DNA of 64,000 nt from Spirochaetota bacterium (GTDB lineage Bacteria; Spirochaetota; UBA4802; JAFGJZ01). The notes beneath the pieces were generated by a model. That model ran no database searches. It was not told where the DNA came from and worked only from the letters and a program-made list of their open reading frames with translations. Numbering within the stretch: the first letter of the stretch is position 1; the number at the start of each line of letters is the position of its first letter. Both the position numbers and the translations under genes were made by a program. This document shows, one piece after another, positions 18,150-26,083 of the stretch. The stretch spans positions 987 through 64,986 of the forward strand of contig JAFGJZ010000177.1 in assembly GCA_016928815.1 (NCBI GenBank), in the 5' to 3' direction.

Positions 18150-20377
18150 GGTTCCGGATTAAATGTTACTTTACCTTCAGCGTCAACATCAACGGACAGT
18201 CTGCTTCCTTCGATGTCTCCGAAAAGAATTTTTTCCGCAAGAGGTTTCTTGATTTCATTCTGAAGAATTCTGGCAATCTCTCTTGCTCCAAATTCGGTAG
18301 AGTAACCCTTTTCGGCAATTTGTGCTTTTAATGCTTCAGAGACGGTCAGTTCAATTTTTTTCTTTTTCAGTTTATCCGCAAAAAGTCTGATTTCTTTTTC
18401 GACTATTTTCAGAATAAGATCCCTGGAAAGCTGATTGAATGTAATAACAGCATCAAGTCTGTTTCTGAATTCAGGAGAAAAGAACTGTTCAACACTTTTC
18501 AGTATTGAATCAATATGCGTTTCTCCCCCAAACCCGACTTTCTGCCGGTTAATGTCCCTTGCACCGGCATTTGACGTCATTATGATGATTGTATTTCTGA
18601 AATCGGCCTTTCTTCCGTTGTTATCTGTTAACGTGGCATAGTCCATAATCTGCAGCATCGTATTGAAAATGTCGGGATGGGCTTTCTCAATTTCATCAAA
18701 CAGCAGTACGCAGTGAGGATGTTTCCTTATCGATTCAGTGAGAAGTCCTCCTTCATCATATCCTACATATCCCGGAGGGGCGCCGATAAGCCTTGCAACG
18801 GTATGCTTCTCCTGATATTCACTCATGTCAAACCGTATTAATTGGATCCCCAGTGATATTGAAAGCTGACGGGCAAGCTCGGTTTTTCCTACTCCTGTAG
18901 GTCCGGCAAAAAGAAATGACGCTACCGGTTTCTGTTCCTCATTAAAACCTGCCCGTGAACGGATTATGGACGCGACGGTTTTTTCAATAGCGCCGTCCTG
19001 ACCGAATATCTGCTGTTTAAGTTCTTTTTCAAGATATTTGAGTTTGTGCGATTCAGCGGTTGATATGCTTGATTCCGGAATTTTTGTAATTTTTGAAATA
19101 ATCTGTTCAATGTCTTTAACAAATATTTTTTTAGGAACCATTTCGAGATTTTTTATCTGTGCATATGCGCCTGCTTCATCAATTATATCTATTGCTTTAT
19201 CGGGAAGATGTCTGTCATTCATGTATTTTGCCGTAAGCTCGGCAGCCGCCTTTAATGCTGTCCTAGTATATATTACGTTGTGATATTTTTCAAATCTGTC
19301 TTTTAATCCAAGCAGAATTTTGTATGTTTCTTCTATTGAAGGTTCCGGAATGTCGATTTTCTGAAACCTTCTTGAAAGAGCCCTGTCTTTCTCAAAATAT
19401 TTCCGGTATTCCTCATAGGTTGTGGCGCCGATGCACTTTATTTTCCCGGATGCAAGAACCGGCTTCAGGATGTTGCTTGCGTCCATCGATGAACCCGTTG
19501 TTGAACCGGCTCCGACAATGGTGTGTATTTCATCAATAAAAAGGATCGGATTTTCTATTTTGTTTAATTCCGAGATAACTGCTTTCAGTCTGTTTTCAAA
19601 ATCGCCGCGGAATTTTGTGCCGGCAAGCAGGGCGCCCATGTCGAGAGAAAATATCTCCGCGTTTTCTATCTGCCGCGGTACTTTTCCGTCGTGAATCAGT
19701 TGCGCAAGCCCTTCTGAAATTGCTGTTTTACCGACTCCCGGATCACCGACATGAATGGGATTGTTTTTGGTTCTTCGGCAGATAATCTGAATTGTGCGCT
19801 CCAGAATATCCTCCCGGCCTATTAGCGGCTCTATTTTCCCTTCAGCTGCAAGTCTGGAGAGGTTGATTGTGAATTTTTCCAGGTTTTTAGGCTTTCTTTC
19901 AGATTCCTCTGTTTCAGTTTCATCGCTGCTGTGAGATTTTTTTTCTTCAAGATCAATATCATGCGATACAGCTTCAAGAATGTCCAGACGCGTGATTCCC
20001 TGTTTTTTCAGAAAATATGCGGCAAATGATTCCTTTTCGCTGAATATTGCCGCAAGTATATCGCCCAGATCAAGTTCCCCTTTCTGTGATGATTCCACAT
20101 GTATGAATGCCTGCTCAAGGATATTTTCAAGACTTACGGACTGAACAGGCGTAATGATTCCCTCTTTCAGGCGGGGAATATATTTATCCATGTGATCAGA
20201 CAGCTGTTTTTTTAATTCTTCCGTATTTCCGCCGCATGACTCAATAATTGATTTTCCAGAGTCAAAGAACAGAGCGGAATATAGAATGTGCTCCGGAGTC
20301 AGATATTCGTGATTACGGGAGATAGCCTCTTTGAAAGCTGTCTGCATTATGATTTCAAGATCCTTATTTATATTCAT
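18146..20377 (-). CDS. clpA: ATP-dependent Clp protease ATP-binding subunit ClpA
   Basis: HEYLTPEH N-domain; GDPGVGKT and GPTGVGKT Walker A motifs; VGF loop; adjacent to clpS and aat. Confidence 0.96.
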   Translation of the reverse strand: MNINKDLEIIMQTAFKEAISRNHEYLTPEHILYSALFFDSGKSIIESCGGNTEELKKQLSDHMDKYIPRLKEGIITPVQSVSLENILEQAFIHVESSQKGELDLGDILAAIFSEKESFAAYFLKKQGITRLDILEAVSHDIDLEEKKSHSSDETETEESERKPKNLEKFTINLSRLAAEGKIEPLIGREDILERTIQIICRRTKNNPIHVGDPGVGKTAISEGLAQLIHDGKVPRQIENAEIFSLDMGALLAGTKFRGDFENRLKAVISELNKIENPILFIDEIHTIVGAGSTTGSSMDASNILKPVLASGKIKCIGATTYEEYRKYFEKDRALSRRFQKIDIPEPSIEETYKILLGLKDRFEKYHNVIYTRTALKAAAELTAKYMNDRHLPDKAIDIIDEAGAYAQIKNLEMVPKKIFVKDIEQIISKITKIPESSISTAESHKLKYLEKELKQQIFGQDGAIEKTVASIIRSRAGFNEEQKPVASFLFAGPTGVGKTELARQLSISLGIQLIRFDMSEYQEKHTVARLIGAPPGYVGYDEGGLLTESIRKHPHCVLLFDEIEKAHPDIFNTMLQIMDYATLTDNNGRKADFRNTIIIMTSNAGARDINRQKVGFGGETHIDSILKSVEQFFSPEFRNRLDAVITFNQLSRDLILKIVEKEIRLFADKLKKKKIELTVSEALKAQIAEKGYSTEFGAREIARILQNEIKKPLAEKILFGDIEGSRLSVDVDAEGKVTFNPEP

Positions 20378-20382
20378 TCCGC

Positions 20383-20694
20383 TTAATCCCTTTCAATTGT
20401 GCATTTAAGAGGAAATCCTCTTTTTTTTGCTTCATTATGAACCTGCCGTACTTTTGACAGAGCGATGTCATAAGTATAATGTCCGCAATGTCCGCTTCCT
20501 TTCTGATGAATGTTGTACATTATTGCAGTGGCTTCGGTAACGTTTTTTCTGAAAATGCTGACCAGCATTTCAACTACGAAATCCATGGTTGAAAAATGAT
20601 CATTAAGCATTATCACGCTATAGAGAGACGGTTCCTTAATCTCTTCTTCAATATCGGTTGATTCATCGGTATATCTGTCTGTTTTTTCGCTCAT
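20383..20694 (-). CDS. clpS: Clp protease adaptor ClpS
   Basis: YSVIMLNDHFSTMDFVV, IHQKG, FPLKC. Confidence 0.95.
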   Translation of the reverse strand: MSEKTDRYTDESTDIEEEIKEPSLYSVIMLNDHFSTMDFVVEMLVSIFRKNVTEATAIMYNIHQKGSGHCGHYTYDIALSKVRQVHNEAKKRGFPLKCTIERD

Positions 20695-20724
20695 TTCACT
20701 TTTCTTTCAATTGTATATGTATAC

Positions 20725-20754
20725 ATTCTAGTGCAATAAAACCATATTTGTCAA
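20725..20754 (-). promoter_or_regulatory. Sigma70-type promoter of clpS-clpA-aat
   Basis: Minus strand TTGACA-N18-TAGAAT. Confidence 0.6.
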
Positions 20755-20774
20755 TTATTTGTATTTTTTTTATC

Positions 20775-20803
20775 TTAAAGTCGATACATGTTAAGGTCGA
20801 TTA
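20775..20803 (+). promoter_or_regulatory. Direct repeat TTAA(A/G)GTCGAT x2, also readable as a sigma28-type promoter
   Basis: TTAAAGTCGAT at 20775-20785 and TTAAGGTCGAT at 20791-20801; TAAA-N16-GTCGATTA. Confidence 0.4.
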
Positions 20804-20891
20804 TTTAGAGGAAAAAACTTTTTGATTGACAGATAGCAATTCAAAGAAGCTATATAAATCTATATTTCATTAACCAAGAGGAAGATCAGCT

Positions 20892-21641
20892 ATGTTTAGC
20901 GCTTATTTTGAAAAGCTTGAAGATAAATTACTTAAAAAATATTCATCAGCTTCAAAAAACGTAAAATCAGTAAAAACTGCTGCTAAAAAAGTACCTGCAG
21001 CGACAAAAGCTGTAGTGAAAACAGCCAAATCAGCAAAAGTCGATTTAACCGAGCTGAAAAATGTAATAGACGGCATTATCCCGAAAGAGTTCACACTTAC
21101 GGATAAGAAAATTGCCGATACAAGCGGATATGTCGCGGATACTTCGGATTTTATCATATGTGATCCCAAATTCCGTGCTTTTGATGACATATTCAGGGAT
21201 TCAGTTCCGGTGGAGATGGTAAAAGCCGCATTCCGGATTTGTCCGGAAATCAACCGGAAAAATCTTGTGGATACTCTTGTAGATGTAGCTCATATAAAAA
21301 AGAGCAATCATTATACTGATGCAGGGGAACCCAAACCGGCCATTCCTGTATTTGCCATAGCACTTGACTCCTCATATTCACTGAAAGAGGCAAAGGATTC
21401 CATAGTGGAAATTTATCAGCAGGATAATGTTGATTCGCTTTTTGAATTTGATATAATGCTTATACTTGGCAGGGGAATTATTATTAAAAACTGGCGTGAA
21501 AGGAGGAGTTTCATCGCGCTTGAAACAAAAATGGATTCTTTAAAATGGTTCTATATTCTCATGAATGAATACATAGATCTGAATCAGTCCGCTGATCTTA
21601 GATCATATGTGACTGAAACTAAAAAATATGATGAATATTGA
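20892..21641 (+). CDS. DUF6602-like protein with Lys/Ala-rich N-terminal segment
   Basis: IP..F...IAD.SG...SDFII...VPVEMV pattern resembles DUF6602; KSVKTAAKKVPAATKAVVKTAKSAK; RBS GAGG. Confidence 0.6.
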   Translation: MFSAYFEKLEDKLLKKYSSASKNVKSVKTAAKKVPAATKAVVKTAKSAKVDLTELKNVIDGIIPKEFTLTDKKIADTSGYVADTSDFIICDPKFRAFDDIFRDSVPVEMVKAAFRICPEINRKNLVDTLVDVAHIKKSNHYTDAGEPKPAIPVFAIALDSSYSLKEAKDSIVEIYQQDNVDSLFEFDIMLILGRGIIIKNWRERRSFIALETKMDSLKWFYILMNEYIDLNQSADLRSYVTETKKYDEY

Positions 21642-21689
21642 TGTAGAAAAAGAAATTTAGACGTATTGATCACTAATATGGTTTTGTTC

Positions 21690-21717
21690 TTGACAGATGC
21701 TTCGCTATCTATAAAAT
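21690..21717 (+). promoter_or_regulatory. Sigma70-type promoter
   Basis: TTGACA-N16-TAAAAT upstream of the vWA gene. Confidence 0.5.
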
Positions 21718-21812
21718 ATTGAGTGATAAAGATTAAAAACGTTATTTGCATTTATTTTCAGAAAATGATGATGAGATGTTTAGAGTAAAAATGAAAAATT
21801 AGGAGAATTGTT

Positions 21813-22904
21813 TTGAAATCGATATTACTGAAAATTGTCTTTTTTACACTTATGTGTTCAATTACAACCGTTTTGTTTGCTCAAAACGAAGGAAAGGATG
21901 TAATAATAGTACTTGATACTTCCCAGAGTATGATAGGGAAGGGCGGTAAAAATGTTATGCCTGTCGTCAAGGATAGTCTTAAGAATGTCATCGATAACTT
22001 TAATGTCGGGGATTCCCTGACTTTTATGACTTTTGATTCAGATGTAAAGATTTATCCTACCGTATCGCTAACTGATGATAATGCAAAAGATATTGTTAAA
22101 AAATATGTAACTATGGTAGAAGCTACCGGATGGTGGACTTTTACTGACAATATGATTCAGGCTGTAAAGGAAAAAGCGGCTGATATTAAGACAATGAATC
22201 CTGAACGACCGCTGATTGTACTTATTTTTACCGATGCACTTGATGATCCTCCTCCTGCTGATAAAAGCAAAAAGCTTGACATTACTGAAATAGGAAAATT
22301 ACAGAGCGACTATGTCTATCTGATAGACCTGAGTCAGGGTGATTTAAGTGCTCTTCAGGGTAAACTGCAGTCGGATTCAACTGCAAATGTTGAAGTCATC
22401 GATGCAACATCAGATACAGCAACTGCACTTGACAGTATTGGAAGTAAAATTGACAATGCTCAAAATGATTATAATAAAAAGAACCGCCCGTTTTATCTCA
22501 ATCCGTTTTTTATTGCAGCACTTCTTACTGCGATTTTGCTCTGCATACTTATTTACATGATGAGAGCGGCAAGATATAAGGTTGCGGGCATGATTAAATA
22601 CAGAAATCTGGACAAGGTCAGAGTTGAGTGGGAAGAAACTGATCTGAGCCGTTTTCTCAGAAAGAGAGTAGTTATCGGCAAATCTCCGACATATGATCAT
22701 TATTTACGTGATTATGATGACACGAAACCTGTTGTTTTCGAAGCGATCAATTTTCGCGGTAATGTTAAAGTAGCCGTAAACGAAACTCAGGGAATTCAGG
22801 TTGATTTTAAGGGAGATAAGAAAGAATCTTTTTTACGAGACGGTGATACGTTCACTGCAAGTAATTATGAGTTTGTTTATCTTGAGCAGTTAAAGGATAA
22901 ATAA
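21813..22904 (+). CDS. vWA-domain membrane protein with FHA-like C-terminal domain
   Basis: Signal peptide; MIDAS DTSQS...T...FTD; TM helix FFIAALLTAILLCILIY; C-terminal VVIGKS...LRDGDTF; RBS AGGAG with TTG start. Confidence 0.8.
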   Translation: MKSILLKIVFFTLMCSITTVLFAQNEGKDVIIVLDTSQSMIGKGGKNVMPVVKDSLKNVIDNFNVGDSLTFMTFDSDVKIYPTVSLTDDNAKDIVKKYVTMVEATGWWTFTDNMIQAVKEKAADIKTMNPERPLIVLIFTDALDDPPPADKSKKLDITEIGKLQSDYVYLIDLSQGDLSALQGKLQSDSTANVEVIDATSDTATALDSIGSKIDNAQNDYNKKNRPFYLNPFFIAALLTAILLCILIYMMRAARYKVAGMIKYRNLDKVRVEWEETDLSRFLRKRVVIGKSPTYDHYLRDYDDTKPVVFEAINFRGNVKVAVNETQGIQVDFKGDKKESFLRDGDTFTASNYEFVYLEQLKDK

Positions 22905-22961
22905 ATTTTAATATGACAGAATTTGTCTGTGTTTATTTGGTTTACGGTTGATAAATAGTAC

Positions 22962-22989
22962 TTGACAGAAGTTCGAATATATTTATTAT
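22962..22989 (+). promoter_or_regulatory. Sigma70-type promoter of cfpA
   Basis: TTGACA-N16-TATTAT; RBS AAGGAGG before ATG 23035. Confidence 0.55.
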
Positions 22990-23034
22990 TACCGGTTATT
23001 TATTTTTGCTTTTTACCTAAAAAGGAGGATATAT

Positions 23035-24978
23035 ATGTCATTAGCTCAATTTCCAAAGAGCCCTAATGCTGTCCATCCCGAGAAACCTAATGCGGTCGGT
23101 TCCAGAAACTCACTCGCACAGGAAGGAAGGGATAAGGTACAGGAATCTGCTCTGATTCTTGATGAAACTACTGATAAGGTACTTCATCATATCGAGACAA
23201 AACTGCCGGAAGAAGTTCTTGCAAAACTGGATGTAATGGGTGGATTGAAAGAGAAACTCTATAATTACATCAACCAGACTTATGTAAACATGTTCAACCG
23301 TTACACAGTAACGATGGAAGATGAATTTGTCAAAAAAATCCGTGATTTCGTTGACAAAGAAGAGTCTAAAGGTCTTGCACGATATACTCCGAGAGAGATG
23401 ATCGAACTTCTCGATAAAATCGGTGGCGCTGATAAGTTCAATACCGGTGAAATCGAAAAATCTATGATCAACATGTACGGACACTTACAGGGTCATATCC
23501 AGCGTGGAATGAACGATCTTGAAAATGATACAAACTCAATTTTAAGACAGAAAACTGACGTAGGTGCTTTTATCCGCGGTGAAAATGCGTATGCTATTTT
23601 AAAATGTATTTTTAAAGATAACGAAATGCGTCCTAAATATGTTTATGACGTTAAACTTTCAGTTAACATCCTGGATTCGGAGCTTATCAGTCCGATTTAT
23701 CATTACCAGGTAACTGTTGAGTCCTTACTGAAAGAAGCGATTCAGAAACACATTCAGGAACTGATTGTTAAAGAGATTGACAGACTTAAGGAAGAACTTG
23801 TTGATCAGGGTCATGCCGAGATGAGCGGTTCTGAAATTATGTTTGAAAAAATCAAGAAAATTGAAAATTACACAGACGACGATTCTGAGGATGAAAAATC
23901 CAAACGTTATACAATTCTTGCCAAGAAATTTCTTGATAGAATTGAAGGTCTTCGTGCAACAATTGATCTTGATGATTATGATCCGCTTAATATCCGTGAG
24001 AATATTAAGTATGTAATTGATGAAGAAAACATCAGAAACAGGGGTTATAATACTACAATCAATGCAATCACTTCTATTCTTGATACATCAAAACTTGGTT
24101 ATCAGGTTTGTGATAACATGAAAAACGCGCGTGTTTGTATCATTAAGGAATATGAAGAGCAGGATCACACTCTTCTTCCTGATGAAAGATACGACATCAG
24201 ACTTGCATATTATGATCAGGCTCAGTTAAGAGAAACTGTTCGTGAATATGACAGACAGATGGATGCTTTCACACGTGAAATTTCAACAGTCGGCGATGTT
24301 CTTGATGCTCATTACCAGTCATCTAAAAGATTCAGATCTCTTAAAGATTTCGAAGATCTTTCAAAACGTCTCATGAACCGTGAGTGGCTGAGAAGAAAAG
24401 AAGCAGAAAAACATGATTCGTCTTTTGTACACAAAGATGACCTTGGAATGCTTTACTGTGAAAACACTTTTGTAGAAAAAAATAACAGAACATATGAAGA
24501 TAGAATCAAGTTCCTGAAACGAAGACTTACAACTTACAAGGATCAGCTTCAGAAACTTCACGGCTATCAGAATCCTATTGAGCGTGTAATCCTTGACGAA
24601 AGGGTTGATTATGTAACTAAAAGATTTAATGAATTCACATATCAGGTAAATCCGCATCACATACAGCCGGGTATGATTCTTGATCTTAATGTAACAACCA
24701 TCAAGAGAAAACAGTTCATGCTTAAAGGAATGGCAAACGTATTAAATGAATTCCTTTCAGGTGTATCTAAAGGATTTCAGGATGCTGCATTCGCAACATT
24801 TAAAAGACGCAGATCAACAATCCGTGAAGATATTGATCAGTCTTTTTCAGTTGACGACGCTTCTGAACAGAATCTGTTTGAAATGGCATACAAAACAAAT
24901 TCGGATGACATTTCAGGTTCAGTAGATCTTTCACCAAAAAAAGCTAAATCTAAAAAATCAGGTTTAAAAGAACTGTAA
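23035..24978 (+). CDS. cfpA: Cytoplasmic filament protein A
   Basis: N-terminus PKSPNAVHPEKPNAVGSRNSLAQE, DKFNTGEIEKS, NILDSELISPI, INP-like NPHHIQPG and SKGFQDAAFA..RRRST are characteristic of spirochaete CfpA; coiled-coil rich. Confidence 0.92.
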   Translation: MSLAQFPKSPNAVHPEKPNAVGSRNSLAQEGRDKVQESALILDETTDKVLHHIETKLPEEVLAKLDVMGGLKEKLYNYINQTYVNMFNRYTVTMEDEFVKKIRDFVDKEESKGLARYTPREMIELLDKIGGADKFNTGEIEKSMINMYGHLQGHIQRGMNDLENDTNSILRQKTDVGAFIRGENAYAILKCIFKDNEMRPKYVYDVKLSVNILDSELISPIYHYQVTVESLLKEAIQKHIQELIVKEIDRLKEELVDQGHAEMSGSEIMFEKIKKIENYTDDDSEDEKSKRYTILAKKFLDRIEGLRATIDLDDYDPLNIRENIKYVIDEENIRNRGYNTTINAITSILDTSKLGYQVCDNMKNARVCIIKEYEEQDHTLLPDERYDIRLAYYDQAQLRETVREYDRQMDAFTREISTVGDVLDAHYQSSKRFRSLKDFEDLSKRLMNREWLRRKEAEKHDSSFVHKDDLGMLYCENTFVEKNNRTYEDRIKFLKRRLTTYKDQLQKLHGYQNPIERVILDERVDYVTKRFNEFTYQVNPHHIQPGMILDLNVTTIKRKQFMLKGMANVLNEFLSGVSKGFQDAAFATFKRRRSTIREDIDQSFSVDDASEQNLFEMAYKTNSDDISGSVDLSPKKAKSKKSGLKEL

Positions 24979-24997
24979 TAACTGATTAATAAAAATT

Positions 24998-25027
24998 AAA
25001 AAGCTGCCATACGGCAGCTTTTTTTTT
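24998..25027 (+). terminator. Rho-independent terminator after cfpA
   Basis: AAAAAGCTGCC-ATAC-GGCAGC-T9. Confidence 0.85.
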
Positions 25028-25057
25028 ATTATTTTAATTAAAATTTTCAATAATTAC

Positions 25058-25087
25058 TTGCTATTAATCTGTTAAGAGTTTTATAAT
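25058..25087 (+). promoter_or_regulatory. Sigma70-type promoter of the hypothetical + ppdK-like pair
   Basis: TTGCTA-N18-TATAAT; RBS GAGGGAGG before 25124. Confidence 0.55.
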
Positions 25088-25123
25088 TGATAAAATTTAT
25101 TTATATGAGGGAGGGATCTTAAT

Positions 25124-26053
25124 ATGTTTGATTCTACTTATTATACTCTCGGATCTAAAGCTAATTTTAATAAAGCGCTCAGGCATTTTTATAAGGTATC
25201 AGAAGTTGTTGACGGGGTTGATACAAGAGAAAATCTTGCTGATATATTAAATCTTGAATTAGATGAAGAGGAAGTGCAGTCTGCACAGATACTGCCGATT
25301 GTCGGAGCCGTAATAAAGGATAAATTTCATTATACCTATGAAGCTTTCGATATTCCGGTGACAATAAATGATTTCACCAAAATTGTTAACGTAACTTCCA
25401 AATGGACCGCCCTGGATCTTGTTATTGTTTATTTCAATCCAAACGGTTCTGTTTTTGTAATAAATCCTAAAAATGAAAATCACTGGAATAAAGTCCGTGA
25501 ACTTTCTTCTGATCATTTAATTGTAATATATTCTAAATATCTGAAAAATGAAGATGGAAATGATAAGATTGAAAAAGAATCCATCAAGGCAATGGAAGCA
25601 CTTTTAATCGGAAAAGATGTATTTGCCAATAAGGACTTTATAGATGCCAGTTATAAGCCTAAAGCTCAGCCTGTACAACCGCCTCAGCCTGTACAGCAGA
25701 TGGCTGCAGTAGGCGGCGGTCAGAGACGAAGTACTCCGAAGTATTCAGTTCAGGTAACAAATGAACTTTTCCATAATGGAAATGTAGAGTCATGGAAAAA
25801 AATTATTGAAAGCTTTAAGCTGACTCATCCGACTCTTGATGTAATTGTTTTTTATGAAGGTGAATTGATTAACGACCTTAATTCTCTTTTTAAGTGGGGA
25901 AAGGTTAAACATCATGGTCTGATATTTTTTCAGGTTGTCGGTGAAAATATTAAAGATGTATCTAAACTTCAGAAATATCTTTTTGAGGGTGCAAGTCCGC
26001 GTTTTGAGCAGTTTCTTAAAGGATCCGTCGGTCAGGTACTTAATCTTTTTTAA
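25124..26053 (+). CDS. Conserved spirochaete hypothetical protein (cfpA/ppdK neighbour)
   Basis: Two domains joined by a PQ-rich linker; C-terminal motifs VTNELFHNGNVESWKKII, LFKWGKVKHH, EGASPRFE. Confidence 0.85.
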   Translation: MFDSTYYTLGSKANFNKALRHFYKVSEVVDGVDTRENLADILNLELDEEEVQSAQILPIVGAVIKDKFHYTYEAFDIPVTINDFTKIVNVTSKWTALDLVIVYFNPNGSVFVINPKNENHWNKVRELSSDHLIVIYSKYLKNEDGNDKIEKESIKAMEALLIGKDVFANKDFIDASYKPKAQPVQPPQPVQQMAAVGGGQRRSTPKYSVQVTNELFHNGNVESWKKIIESFKLTHPTLDVIVFYEGELINDLNSLFKWGKVKHHGLIFFQVVGENIKDVSKLQKYLFEGASPRFEQFLKGSVGQVLNLF

Positions 26054-26083
26054 TAATGGTTACTATTTGGAGGAATATCCGTA

